Source: Pseudomonadota bacterium
Lineage (GTDB): Bacteria; Desulfobacterota; Desulfobaccia; Desulfobaccales; 0-14-0-80-60-11
Reading direction: 5' to 3'
Assembly: GCA_018897875.1 (NCBI GenBank)
Contig: JAHIKF010000008.1
Location: forward strand, 1 to 35,603
Length of the DNA: 35,603 nucleotides
Position 1 is the stretch's first letter; every line of letters starts with the position of its first letter. The notes beneath the pieces were generated by a model. The model did no database searches. It saw nothing but the letters and a program-made list of their open reading frames with translations, and was not told the origin of the DNA. Shown piece after piece: positions 7,653 to 17,025 of this stretch. Made by a program: the position numbers and the translations under genes.

Positions 7653-8087
7653 TTGAAAGATTTGAACTTTCAACTGGAAGAACTTCTGCCGCATCGACAC
7701 CCCATGCTGATGCTGGATAGCATTCTTGAGGCCAGCACTGGCCGCCTGTTGGCGGAAAAGGTTTTTCAGCCTGATGATTATGGAGTGTCAGAGGGCCACG
7801 TTCTGGCAGGCGCACTTATCGAAACCATGGCTCAGGCTGTGGCTGCCATTCAGGGTTTGGCGGCGGCATCTCGGGGAGACCTGCCTCCTAAAGGGATGCT
7901 GGTAGGCGTGGAAGGACTTACGGTGTTGGCGCCGGTGAATTTAGGTCGGCACCTCGGAATTCTCGTGGAGATCACTCGACAATTGCGTCCCTTTATCATG
8001 GCTGACGGTTCCATTTTTCAGGACGGAACTTTAATAGCCAAAGGGTGTCTAAAGTTTTTCGTCGAGGGCGGCCCCAATGAGGCTTAG
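7653..8087 (+). CDS. Hotdog-fold 3-hydroxyacyl-ACP dehydratase (ApeI-like)
   Basis: It has the LPHRHPMLMLD N-terminal motif typical of ApeI/FabA-Z-like dehydratases, and its size of 144 aa fits a hotdog fold. Confidence 0.8.
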   Translation: MKDLNFQLEELLPHRHPMLMLDSILEASTGRLLAEKVFQPDDYGVSEGHVLAGALIETMAQAVAAIQGLAAASRGDLPPKGMLVGVEGLTVLAPVNLGRHLGILVEITRQLRPFIMADGSIFQDGTLIAKGCLKFFVEGGPNEA

Positions 8088-8544
8088 ACGAGGCCGCAGA
8101 CCCAAAGGTAGGTACCTGGAACACCAGGTTCCAGTCCGGGTCAGATTCAATGAAGTGGATTCTCTAAGCATTGTTTGGCACGGGCATTTCCTCAAATATT
8201 TTGAAGATGGCCGTTGTGGCTTTGGGGAGCGCTACGGCATCGGTTATTTGGACCTGCTCAAAGCCGGGCTCTTGGTTCCCGTGGTTCACGCCTCCTGCGA
8301 CCATTTTGAGCCAGCCAGGTTTGGCGATGAATTAATCGTCACCACCAGGCTCTATGAACTGGAAAGCTCCAAGATTTTCTATTATTATGAGGTGAGCCGG
8401 GCATCCGATGGCTCCATCCTGGCTGCCGGCAGGACTATCCAGGCCTTCCTGGACCAGGAACTTAACCTTATTCTCACCTTGCCCGACTATATGAGGTCAT
8501 TCTACGAGCGCTGGAAAGACCACATGCTGGTGTCCGATGGCTGA
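8077..8544 (+). CDS. YbgC/4HBT-family acyl-CoA/ACP thioesterase (ApeK-like)
   Basis: It has VRVRFNEVDSLSIVWHGHFLKYFE (the catalytic Asp region of 4HBT-class thioesterases). The ATG overlaps the upstream gene by 11 nt. Confidence 0.85.
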   Translation: MRLRRGRRPKGRYLEHQVPVRVRFNEVDSLSIVWHGHFLKYFEDGRCGFGERYGIGYLDLLKAGLLVPVVHASCDHFEPARFGDELIVTTRLYELESSKIFYYYEVSRASDGSILAAGRTIQAFLDQELNLILTLPDYMRSFYERWKDHMLVSDG

Positions 8545-9721
8545 ACCTTGCGCAATCATAGGTCTGGACCTGATAAATGCCCTGGGGGCAGGCCCGGATG
8601 CGGTTTGGGACGAGATGATGGCATATACTTGCGGTATCCGGCCTCTTAATCGTTTCGACCACGGTAGATACCGGTCCGATATGGCCGCGGAGATCCCCGG
8701 GCCCTTGCTGGCCCAACTTCGGGATGAGGCGGGGGAAAGGCATTTCTCATTAGCATACAGCATAGCCAGACGCGCGGTCCATGGAGCCTTGGAAGCAGCA
8801 TTTGGGGAACAGAGAAGCAACACCCCTCGCCGGGTAGGCCTGGTGTTGGCCACGACCAAGGGGGATATCCCGGAGTTTGAACGCCAGGTCCAGAACCGGG
8901 AAGTTCCCGCCAAAGGACGCTACAATCCTTACCTTCTGGCCCTGGAACTGGCTCGAGACCTGAAGCTTGAGGGTCCGGTGCTGGCAGTTTCAGGGGCGTG
9001 TGCTACCGGACTCCTGGCAATGATCCATGCCGTTCGCCTGGTCCAAAGGGGGGGCGCGGAAGCGGTAGTAGCTGTGGGAGTAGACGTTCTGTCGGATTTT
9101 GTCCTCTCCGGTTTTAGCAGCGTTGGCGCTCTGGCCCCTGAACCATGCCGCCCATATGACGAAAAGCGAAACGGCCTTTCCCTGGGTGAAGGTGCCGGCG
9201 CGGTAGTCCTATCGCCCCGGGGAGCTTTCCCTCAAAAGGAATTGGCTTTGATCAGCGGTTGGGGAGTTGCTAATGACGCCCGGCACATTACCGCCCCTTC
9301 GCCCACCGCCAACGGTTTGATCCAGGCCCTGCGTCAGACCATGGCTATGGCCTGCTTAGAAGTGGACGAAGTGCATTACCTCAACGCTCACGGCACCGGC
9401 ACCATTTATAATGACGCCATGGAGGCCAGGGCAATTCACCAGGTTTTTGGCGAATCCCCGCCGCCAGTAAGTTCCATGAAAGGATATTTCGGACATACCC
9501 TGGGTGCTGCAGGTATAATCGAGGCCGTTTTAACGGTCGTAGCGTTGAGGCGCAAGACTGTTCCCGCCTCCCTTGGCCTGGAACACCCAGGGGCAGACAT
9601 CCCCATTCAGCCTCTAAGAACTCACCTCCACCGAACCCCCTTGACCCATGCCCTTACCATTAAAAGCGGCTTCGGTGGCATTAACGTGGCCTTGTCCCTA
9701 AGCGCCTTGCCTTTGCTATGA
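8537..9721 (+). CDS. Beta-ketoacyl-ACP synthase (KS, catalytic)
   Basis: A Cys-His-His triad context is present: AVSGACATGLLA, NAHGTGT, GYFGHTLGAAG. Confidence 0.92.
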   Translation: MAEPCAIIGLDLINALGAGPDAVWDEMMAYTCGIRPLNRFDHGRYRSDMAAEIPGPLLAQLRDEAGERHFSLAYSIARRAVHGALEAAFGEQRSNTPRRVGLVLATTKGDIPEFERQVQNREVPAKGRYNPYLLALELARDLKLEGPVLAVSGACATGLLAMIHAVRLVQRGGAEAVVAVGVDVLSDFVLSGFSSVGALAPEPCRPYDEKRNGLSLGEGAGAVVLSPRGAFPQKELALISGWGVANDARHITAPSPTANGLIQALRQTMAMACLEVDEVHYLNAHGTGTIYNDAMEARAIHQVFGESPPPVSSMKGYFGHTLGAAGIIEAVLTVVALRRKTVPASLGLEHPGADIPIQPLRTHLHRTPLTHALTIKSGFGGINVALSLSALPLL

Positions 9722-10539
9722 GTTCATCAATGGTCATTTCCTTGTTCGGCTATATTGATGCCACCGGTTGGGGTGGCAAGGAAGGGTCACACCGGTGGGA
9801 CCATTCTCAGGGCCAGTTGGCACAGGCGCTGCGATGGCGGATGGTTTCCGGAAGTGCCCACGATCGGTTTGGGCGCATGGATCTTCTGTCGAAGTATGTA
9901 AGTGTCGCGGTGGAAATGTTGGGTCTCCCCTTGCTTGGGAAACAGGATCTCCGTCTAGAGACGGCGATGGTTATGGGCACTATGGTTGGGTGCTATGGGG
10001 CGGACCTGGATTTCTATCGGGGGATCCTTCAGGGGGATGGCCCTTCACCTACCATGTTCGCCTACACCCTGCCCACCATTGCCCTGGGCGAAGTCGCGAT
10101 CCGCCACCGCCTGGGAGGGGCCAGTTACTGCTTTATGGCCGGCGCAGACAGCGGATTATTGGCCCTTTGGGAGAGCGTCAAGTTGTTGCAAGCCGGCGAA
10201 TGCCAGAAGTGCGTTTGTATAATGGCAGACGTCTTGTCCCAGCATGCTGAGATGATAGCCAGGAACATAGATCCAGCGGGGAAAGCCCTGACAGAATACG
10301 CTTACGCTTTTCTACTGGAGCGCCATGGCCATGCGCAAGCATGCGAACACCCCTCCATGGCCAGGGTCGCTATCACTTCTGGTGCCGATGGAACTGACTC
10401 CACTGAATCCTGGAAAGTTCCAGATAGCCTGATAGGCTTATTGAGGGAGGGAAGACCCGGGCGCCTTGATCTGGCTTCTCCTCCGGCTTCCGGCATAAAG
10501 GAGATTCTTTCAATTATTCGCTGTTCTCCAGTAATTTAA
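9718..10539 (+). CDS. KS-like protein lacking the active-site Cys (chain-length-factor-like partner, ApeC-like)
   Basis: It has thiolase-fold N-terminal similarity (PSPTMFAYTLPTIALGEVAIRHRLGGASYCF). The position of the nucleophile reads MAGADSG, and the HGTGT/GH motifs are absent. An ATGA overlap links it to the upstream KS. Confidence 0.7.
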   Translation: MSSSMVISLFGYIDATGWGGKEGSHRWDHSQGQLAQALRWRMVSGSAHDRFGRMDLLSKYVSVAVEMLGLPLLGKQDLRLETAMVMGTMVGCYGADLDFYRGILQGDGPSPTMFAYTLPTIALGEVAIRHRLGGASYCFMAGADSGLLALWESVKLLQAGECQKCVCIMADVLSQHAEMIARNIDPAGKALTEYAYAFLLERHGHAQACEHPSMARVAITSGADGTDSTESWKVPDSLIGLLREGRPGRLDLASPPASGIKEILSIIRCSPVI

Positions 10540-10549
10540 AAGGCACTCA

Positions 10550-10807
10550 ATGCATCAACTTATAAGCGATTTAAAGGTAAAAATTGTTGATATTCTGAAT
10601 TTGGAAGATGTCTCCCCAGAAGACATTGACGAGGCTGCGCCTCTTTTTGGAGAAGGCTTGGGGTTAGATTCTTTGGATGCCCTTGAATTAGTGGTACTGG
10701 TGGAAAAAGACTACGGTATTAAGATCACCGATATCGAAGTAGGACGGCAGGCTTTTGCTTCCGTCAATACGCTGGCCCGGTTTATCCTTGAAAAACAGGG
10801 GAAATAA
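10550..10807 (+). CDS. Acyl carrier protein
   Basis: It has the GLGLDSLDALELVVLVE phosphopantetheine attachment motif and is 85 aa long. Confidence 0.92.
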   Translation: MHQLISDLKVKIVDILNLEDVSPEDIDEAAPLFGEGLGLDSLDALELVVLVEKDYGIKITDIEVGRQAFASVNTLARFILEKQGK

Positions 10808-12036
10808 TGTCCTCCCGCATCATCGTCACCGGCATGGGTGTTGTCTCCGCCCTGGGCTGGACGCCGACCGCGATCTGGCAAGCTATGGAAGCAGGTTATA
10901 GCGGCCTTGGACCCTTGACCCTGTTCGCCTCCCCCCGCTGCGGACATTTCCCGGTGGGGCAGGTCCAGGGTGACCCAGCTCAGTCCAGCGGCCTGAGCCG
11001 GGGCTCCCGCAGCGACCATCTTGCGGCCTACGCCGCCAGTATGGCCTTTTTGGATGCCGGGTTAGACAAGGTTCCTGCCACCATCAGGAAAAGCATCGGC
11101 CTGGTTCTGGGTGGCACCACTGGCGGGATGCTGGACACCGAGTCTTTCTTCTTGAGAGTAGTCCGGGAAGGTTTCGTTGAAGGGTCCCTGCTGCGGCACC
11201 ACGAATGTTGCCACCCAGCCAATGCCACAGCTGAACTTCTGGGGCTCAATGGCTTCCGTGCTACTCAATCCACCGCTTGCAGCTCGGGACTTATGGCTAT
11301 TGCCACTGCCTGTGACGTCCTTAAAGCTGGTGAAGCCGAAATCATGCTGGCTGGAGGAGTAGACTCTTTAACCAGGCTCACTTTAAATGGTTTCGCCTCT
11401 TTGCTGATAATTGCCCCTGATGGCTGTCGTCCTTTCGATGCCAGACGCACCGGCATGAGCCTGGGGGAAGGAGCTGCGGTCCTGGTCTTGGAAAGGGAAG
11501 AAACGGCCTTGGCAAGGAAGGCGCCCATGCTGGCTGAAATAGGTGGATTCGCCCATACTTGTGAGGCTCATCATCCTACTGCACCCACCCCTGATGGTGC
11601 CGGAATCTACCAGGCTATGGCCTTGGCCTTGCAGCGCGCCGGTCTCACCCCGGCCGACGTGGATTATGTCAATGCTCATGGCACCGGCACCATCGACAAC
11701 GACCTGGCCGAAGGACGGGCCTTGAGCCGCCTGTTTGGTGAGGCGCCCCCCCCCATCTCATCTACCAAGCGCTTTTTCGGACACACCCTGGGTGCCGCCG
11801 GGGCCATCGAGACCGTGGTGTGCATTTTAGCCTTGCAGAATCAAAGGGTGCCAGGAACTCTTGGACTGCTCCACCCCGATCCGAAGATACCCATCAAACC
11901 GCTGCTTGCCCCCGTGAGCGCCACAGTCAAAACCGCGCTCAATAACTCTCTGGGCTTCGGGGGGGCCTGCTCCTCCTTGGTTATCGGCCAGGTGGGCTTT
12001 GGAAGGAATGGAGCCGTGCAAGATGACCGACCCTGA
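10807..12036 (+). CDS. Beta-ketoacyl-ACP synthase (FabF-like, catalytic)
   Basis: Active-site contexts are QSTACSSGLMAIA, NAHGTGT and FFGHTLGAAG. A TAATG overlap links it to the upstream ACP. Confidence 0.92.
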   Translation: MSSRIIVTGMGVVSALGWTPTAIWQAMEAGYSGLGPLTLFASPRCGHFPVGQVQGDPAQSSGLSRGSRSDHLAAYAASMAFLDAGLDKVPATIRKSIGLVLGGTTGGMLDTESFFLRVVREGFVEGSLLRHHECCHPANATAELLGLNGFRATQSTACSSGLMAIATACDVLKAGEAEIMLAGGVDSLTRLTLNGFASLLIIAPDGCRPFDARRTGMSLGEGAAVLVLEREETALARKAPMLAEIGGFAHTCEAHHPTAPTPDGAGIYQAMALALQRAGLTPADVDYVNAHGTGTIDNDLAEGRALSRLFGEAPPPISSTKRFFGHTLGAAGAIETVVCILALQNQRVPGTLGLLHPDPKIPIKPLLAPVSATVKTALNNSLGFGGACSSLVIGQVGFGRNGAVQDDRP

Positions 12037-13159
12037 CCGCGACGCGCTGGCCATCCTGGGCTGCGGCTCCATTCGCCCTGATAGAAACCTGGAACTGTTG
12101 CCTTTGCCGGCTGAGATGGGGGGAGGGGCGGTCTACGCCCACCTGTGCCCCCAATCCCTGGGCAAGGGAGTGATTCCCTCGGGGGTTTATAGAAAGGTGG
12201 GGCGAGCTCAGAAGATGGTGCTGCTGGCCGCACATAAGGCTCTGGAGGAATTCCCGCTCTCCCCATCGGCTCAGGATCAATCTGCGGTGTGCCTGGGGAC
12301 CGGGTTTGGCGAACTGGGAGAGACCTTGCTTTTCCTGGAAAACCTGGTGCGCCTTGAGGAGCGGGAGCCCAAGCCGACCCGGTTCGCCAACTCGGTTCAC
12401 AATTCCCTGGCTTCCCAGGTGGCGATTAATTTCGGCCTCAAAGGCGAAAACCATACCCTTACCCAGGGACCGATATCCTTCGAATTGGCCCTGTGGCAGG
12501 CCGCAGTGTTGCTGCAAACCGGCCGGGCTGGCCATGTTTTGGTCTGCGGGGTCGATGAACTCACGCCTTTCCTTGGCTTTCTCGGGGTCGAGTGCGGGTT
12601 TTGGGGCAAAGAGGATCCCCCTGACCTTCAGGAGATAGAAAGAACCGGCCACAACCACCGGCCCCGCCCCGGAGAAGGGGCGGCCGCTTTCGTGCTGGGA
12701 CTCAGAGGTGCGGCTCCTGCAAAAGGCCTTCTTCCCTGTGTTCATACCATCAAAGTGCAGCCCTTGGAATTGCGGCAGGGGCAGATTATTGATCCGATGG
12801 CGGAACTAAAGTTCGTAATGGATGCCCTTGCCGATAAGGGCGTCTCCCTCGGGAACCTCGACCTCATTATCCTTGGGGCTAATTGCTCGGGCCAGTTGGA
12901 GACGCTGTATCAACCAATATTACAGCTTATTTTTCAGGATATTAGGAAAGAGATTGGCGTTATCTCTTACAAGACTTTATGGGGCGAATTTTCCACCACC
13001 CCGGCACTGGGTCTGGGCCTGGCGGTGGACATCCTCCGGACCGGGAAGATTCCTCCCTGGGTTATTCCTGAGAAAAAGCCTCCTCCGGTTCTTAAGAATA
13101 TCCTCATGTACCAGGTGTCGCCCCTGGGGTTCCATAGTTTGTGCCTGGTAAGGATATGA
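12023..13159 (+). CDS. KS-like chain-length-factor-type protein (no active-site Cys)
   Basis: It has a thiolase-like N-terminal half (FANSVHNSLASQVAINFGLKGENHTLTQGPISFELAL) without the catalytic Cys/His/His. I prefer ATG 12023 because GGAG lies 9 nt upstream. The track ORF begins at TTG 11999. Confidence 0.7.
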   Translation: MTDPDRDALAILGCGSIRPDRNLELLPLPAEMGGGAVYAHLCPQSLGKGVIPSGVYRKVGRAQKMVLLAAHKALEEFPLSPSAQDQSAVCLGTGFGELGETLLFLENLVRLEEREPKPTRFANSVHNSLASQVAINFGLKGENHTLTQGPISFELALWQAAVLLQTGRAGHVLVCGVDELTPFLGFLGVECGFWGKEDPPDLQEIERTGHNHRPRPGEGAAAFVLGLRGAAPAKGLLPCVHTIKVQPLELRQGQIIDPMAELKFVMDALADKGVSLGNLDLIILGANCSGQLETLYQPILQLIFQDIRKEIGVISYKTLWGEFSTTPALGLGLAVDILRTGKIPPWVIPEKKPPPVLKNILMYQVSPLGFHSLCLVRI

Positions 13160-13938
13160 GCCGGTTCCAGATGGCAACCATCGCAGTTGTCGTCCTTGCG
13201 ACGGCCACCGGCGCCTTGGCCCCGGATCCTCTCCGGTGGTGGCTTTGGGGGGGACTTGCCGCTGCGTACCTGGCGCTGGTGGGTTTGGGGGTAACATTTA
13301 GCAGTTGGGGGCTTTTCGGACCGGCTATCTGCCTCGGCAGGCCGGGCGGCATGCGCGTAAGTCTCACATTTGATGACGGACCGGATCCCGCCAGCACTCC
13401 CCGATTGCTGGAAGTTTTGGAGCAACACCAGGTCAAGGCGGCATTTTTCTTGATCGGCCGGCATGCGGAAAGGCACCGCGCCTTGGTGCAGGCCATAGCC
13501 GACAAAGGGCATCTGGTGGGGAATCACACCTACCGCCATGCCTGGTGGACCAATTTTTTATGGGGCGACAGATTAGATCGGGAAATTCAGCGGGCCCAGC
13601 GGGTGTTCCAGGACATCCTGGGAACTGCGCCCCGTTTTTTCCGCAGCCCCATGGGCCTGACCAACCCACAGTTATTCGGAGCCCTGAAACGTATCGGCCT
13701 CCGGTTCGTGGGTTGGGATCTTCGAGGTCTGGACCAGCGGGCTGGCGCGGCGGCACCGGTTATTCGCCGGCTCGCGCACCGATGCCGGGACGGCAGTATA
13801 ATCCTGCTGCACGATGGGGGAGCCAATCCGCAAGTCCTGGTGGACATCGTCCATACCATCATTCCGGCCCTGCGTAATCAAGGTTTTACTTTTGTGCGGC
13901 TTGATGAATCCCTATCCCTGCCTGAAAAGGAAAACTAA
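13156..13938 (+). CDS. Membrane-anchored polysaccharide deacetylase (NodB homology domain)
   Basis: NodB motifs are present: LTFDDGPD and VGNHTYRH. There are N-terminal TM helices. ATG 13156 forms an ATGA overlap with the upstream stop, and GTG 13141 is an alternative start. Confidence 0.88.
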   Translation: MSRFQMATIAVVVLATATGALAPDPLRWWLWGGLAAAYLALVGLGVTFSSWGLFGPAICLGRPGGMRVSLTFDDGPDPASTPRLLEVLEQHQVKAAFFLIGRHAERHRALVQAIADKGHLVGNHTYRHAWWTNFLWGDRLDREIQRAQRVFQDILGTAPRFFRSPMGLTNPQLFGALKRIGLRFVGWDLRGLDQRAGAAAPVIRRLAHRCRDGSIILLHDGGANPQVLVDIVHTIIPALRNQGFTFVRLDESLSLPEKEN

Positions 13939-13942
13939 TTTA

Positions 13943-14698
13943 ATGCAAGTAATCCGTACCTGGTTCCTGATAGCTTGCCTGGTTGGGCTAATTTTAGGAA
14001 ACACCGCGAGTGCGGGCGCGGCTGAAAAGCCCGGTCGGAAAGGTCTGGCCAAGGAAACAGCCGCAGTGAGGAAATCCGCGCACAAGCTCTCCCCAGAGGA
14101 ACTGGCCCAGCTTCTGGAGCGTATTGAAAAGAAGCTGGGCAAAATCCAATCACTCTACACCGATTTTATTCAGGAAAAGCACCTGGAAATTTTCACCCGG
14201 CCGGCAGTAGCTAAGGGGCGGTGCATTTTCCAAAACCCCGGAAAGATGCGGTTTGAAATCATCGAGCCATTCCAGTCAGTCCTCATCGTCAACGACAAGG
14301 CCGTCGCTAAATATGAACTGGTAGAAGGTAAGTGGCAAAAACTCCAATCCAGCCAGCAGCAACTGGTGCTGTTGATCATCGACCACATCACTTTGTGGTT
14401 GCAGGGGCGGCTGCGAGGTAAAGAGGATATTTATGCAATTTCGGCGGAAAAGGGGGAAACCACCAAAGTGATCCTGACCCCCAGGAACGAGGGGTTCAGA
14501 AAACACCTGACAGCCATTGAGCTGGTTATGAACCGGGATGAATCCGGGATCAGGCAGATCATTCTCCGGGAACCAGGGCCAGATTACACGGTGGTCACTT
14601 TTATCAACGACCGGCGGAACCTGGCGATACCCCAGGAAGTATTCAACACCAATAGTCCCGAGCCCCCCCCGATTCCGGATGGATTGGCTGCACCATGA
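13943..14698 (+). CDS. LolA-like outer-membrane lipoprotein carrier family protein (ApeL-like)
   Basis: It has a signal peptide (MQVIRTWFLIACLVGLILGNTASAGA). The pattern after it is LolA-like: LYTDFIQEKHLEIFTRPAVAKGRCIFQNPGKMRFEI. The ATG start at 13943 lies 5 nt after the upstream stop. Confidence 0.7.
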   Translation: MQVIRTWFLIACLVGLILGNTASAGAAEKPGRKGLAKETAAVRKSAHKLSPEELAQLLERIEKKLGKIQSLYTDFIQEKHLEIFTRPAVAKGRCIFQNPGKMRFEIIEPFQSVLIVNDKAVAKYELVEGKWQKLQSSQQQLVLLIIDHITLWLQGRLRGKEDIYAISAEKGETTKVILTPRNEGFRKHLTAIELVMNRDESGIRQIILREPGPDYTVVTFINDRRNLAIPQEVFNTNSPEPPPIPDGLAAP

Positions 14699-15381
14699 TC
14701 CGGGCCTTTCTTTTTCTTATGCTCCTCGCCCAGTTGGCTCCTGGTTGCTGCTCGGTGTCCAAACAGCCTGGCCAGCCTCTGGAAGACCCGGTCCTGTCCC
14801 AAGGGCTGCGTCAGAACCTGGAGAGGCTTTATCCCCATTCCTTCCAAGTCAGCCATCGGTGCATTCTCGAGGCTGCCGGCCGGCAGTTTGTCCTGGAAGG
14901 TTATCTTCGCGTCAATGAACCCGAGAGCTTCAGGCTCTTAGCCAAAGGGGACATGGGTGGCACCGTCTTTGAACTCCAGCAAGTTAAAGGGGAGAAGCCC
15001 GAGGTTGTCAAAAATCCGGTTTCGCTTCGACCTTCGTGGCTTTTGGAGGGAGCGGCCCGAGATATCTCCGTCCTTTATTTTCGGTCGCCACAACCTCAAT
15101 CGCGCCTGGTCCGGTATCAGACCGGGGACATAGGTCTGGCACAGGAAGTTAAGCCTGGTCTTTGGGAAGAATTTCACTTCCAGCCTGAAACCGGCCGCTT
15201 GCTTGCCTATATGCTAATTCAAGGGGGGGAACCGTTTTATCGGGCTGACTTCGGATATTTCGAAGCCTTGTCGCCAGGGGGGCGTGAAGTGCCGCGCACA
15301 ATCACTATCGTCGATCACCGCATGCACTATCGCCTGACTGTCAGAGTCCTGGAAATTGGCGAGATCACCGGTAATCCCTGA
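14695..15381 (+). CDS. Probable lipoprotein, DUF3261-like (ApeN-like position)
   Basis: It has a signal sequence with Cys (MIRAFLFLMLLAQLAPGCC) and an ATGA overlap with the LolA-like gene. The family assignment rests mainly on synteny, since DUF3261 follows LolA/MMPL genes in Ape-type clusters. Confidence 0.5.
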   Translation: MIRAFLFLMLLAQLAPGCCSVSKQPGQPLEDPVLSQGLRQNLERLYPHSFQVSHRCILEAAGRQFVLEGYLRVNEPESFRLLAKGDMGGTVFELQQVKGEKPEVVKNPVSLRPSWLLEGAARDISVLYFRSPQPQSRLVRYQTGDIGLAQEVKPGLWEEFHFQPETGRLLAYMLIQGGEPFYRADFGYFEALSPGGREVPRTITIVDHRMHYRLTVRVLEIGEITGNP

Positions 15382-15394
15382 ATCAAAGGAAATC

Positions 15395-15769
15395 ATGATG
15401 AACATGTGGTCTGACCTTCAGGATTCCCTTGTCACCATCGATCCTGGAATTGAACCTGGCACCTGGGAGGCCAAATTCTGTTTTGCCCCCAGCCTTTCCC
15501 TGTTCAGGGGACATTTTCCCGACAACCCCCTCCTGCCCGGGGTAATGCAAGTGGAAATGGCGCACCTGGCCATGGTCAGAATCACCGGAGCGAATTATCG
15601 GATTGTCGGGGTCAAGAAGGCCAAGTTCACCGGACAAGTTTTCCCCGGCGACCAGATCACGGTCCGCCTGGCAGCCAAAGACCGGGAGGATTACCTCCAG
15701 GTCAGGGACCAGCTTAGTGTGGGGGAAAAAAGGGTGGGGAGCGTCATCCTGGACTTGCAGGCATCATAA
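15395..15769 (+). CDS. fabZ: FabZ-like 3-hydroxyacyl-ACP dehydratase (ApeP-like)
   Basis: The FRGHFPDNPLLPGVMQVEMAHLA motif carries the catalytic His and Glu of FabZ-type hotdog dehydratases. An AAAGGA Shine-Dalgarno sequence lies 5 nt upstream of ATG 15395. Confidence 0.85.
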   Translation: MMNMWSDLQDSLVTIDPGIEPGTWEAKFCFAPSLSLFRGHFPDNPLLPGVMQVEMAHLAMVRITGANYRIVGVKKAKFTGQVFPGDQITVRLAAKDREDYLQVRDQLSVGEKRVGSVILDLQAS

Positions 15770-15778
15770 GGTTTCTAA

Positions 15779-17020
15779 ATGAGCATCGAGCCCCAGCCAG
15801 CCTTTAAAAAATTGGAATCTTCCCTCCGCCTGAAACAATTAATGGCCAGCCATTTTTATGAGCTGGATGAGGCCGCGCGGCGCGGGAGCCACAAAATTGC
15901 CTGGTGCTCCAGTGTGGGGCCCGCGGAACTATTGCGCAGCTTGGGCTTCCTGGTGTATTTCCCCGAAAACCACGCAGCCCTTTTGGGGGCCACCCGGAAG
16001 GCCACCGATTACATCCCCGCCGCCAACGCCATCGGCTATTCTCCGGAGATTTGCAGCTACCTGACCAGTGACATCGGTGCCTGCATCATGGGAGAAACTC
16101 CCCTGTCCAGAGCTTATCCCGGTATTACCCGGGTGCCGCCTCCGGACGTGCTGGTGTACAATACCAATCAATGCCGCGCCGTCAAGGATTGGTTCCAGTG
16201 GTACTCTCGAAAATTCCGGGTTCCCTGTCTGGGCGTGCAAAGCTTTCGCCAAATGGATGAGGTTACCACCCTGCATGTGGCGGCAATAAGCACGCAATTA
16301 CAGCAGTTAATTCCCCCGCTCCAGGAAATATCGGGCACCCGCTTCGACATCGACCGCCTGCGGGAAACCATAGAGCTTTCCCGGCAGTGCAGTGAGCTCT
16401 GGGGGCAGGTACTCGAGACTGCGGCTCATCGGCCCAGCCCTCTCACCTTTTTCGATGGCACCATCCACATGGGCCCCGCAGTTATTGCCCGGGGGACTCA
16501 ATCCGCAGTGGATTACTATATTTTTTTACTGGCCGAACTCCGACAGCGTATCGAGGCCGGGGTGGCTGCGGTGAATCACGAAAATTGTCGTATTTATTGG
16601 GAAGGAATGCCTATCTGGGGAAAACTCCGGGAACTGGCCGCCCTCTTCCTCAGACTCAAGACCTGCGTTGTCGCCTCTACCTATTGTAATTCTTGGATCT
16701 TCTCAGATCTGGACCCCAGAGACCCATTTGAATCCATGGCCCGGGCTTACACCGAATTGTTCATCACGCGAGCCGATGCCTGCAAAGAACGATATATTAA
16801 GCAAATGGTTGAGTTCTATCGGATTGACGGCATCCTGTTTCACGAAGCCAAGACCTGCCCCGACAATTCCAACAGTCTCTACGGGATGCCCCAGCGCCTG
16901 TATCAGCAACTTGGCATTCCCACAGTGGTAATCCATGGGGACCTGAATGACCTCAGGCTTTTCAGCGAAGAGCAAGCCGTGACACGCCTGGAGGCATTTA
17001 TCGAACAGGTCCAGGGTTAA
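15779..17020 (+). CDS. 2-hydroxyacyl-CoA dehydratase / benzoyl-CoA reductase BcrBC-HgdAB family (HGD-D) protein, single subunit
   Basis: The family pattern runs along the whole length: KIAWCSSVGPAELLRSLGFLVYFPENH...CRIYWEGMPIWGKLRELAALF...IDGILFHEAKTCPDNS...LGIPTVVIHGDLNDLR. Conserved Cys residues could serve as Fe-S ligands. No second HGD-D subunit is adjacent. Confidence 0.8.
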   Translation: MSIEPQPAFKKLESSLRLKQLMASHFYELDEAARRGSHKIAWCSSVGPAELLRSLGFLVYFPENHAALLGATRKATDYIPAANAIGYSPEICSYLTSDIGACIMGETPLSRAYPGITRVPPPDVLVYNTNQCRAVKDWFQWYSRKFRVPCLGVQSFRQMDEVTTLHVAAISTQLQQLIPPLQEISGTRFDIDRLRETIELSRQCSELWGQVLETAAHRPSPLTFFDGTIHMGPAVIARGTQSAVDYYIFLLAELRQRIEAGVAAVNHENCRIYWEGMPIWGKLRELAALFLRLKTCVVASTYCNSWIFSDLDPRDPFESMARAYTELFITRADACKERYIKQMVEFYRIDGILFHEAKTCPDNSNSLYGMPQRLYQQLGIPTVVIHGDLNDLRLFSEEQAVTRLEAFIEQVQG

Positions 17021-17025
17021 GAGAC

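Noticed and set aside
11981-13539. There are long antisense ORFs opposite well-supported genes (e.g. 11981..12745 -, 12967..13539 -, 17017..17619 -, 21602..22291 +, 26451..27239 +, 31723..32172 +).
   Set aside because: They are shadow ORFs opposite genes with clear family motifs. Their translations are Arg/Pro/Gly-rich with no recognisable domains.
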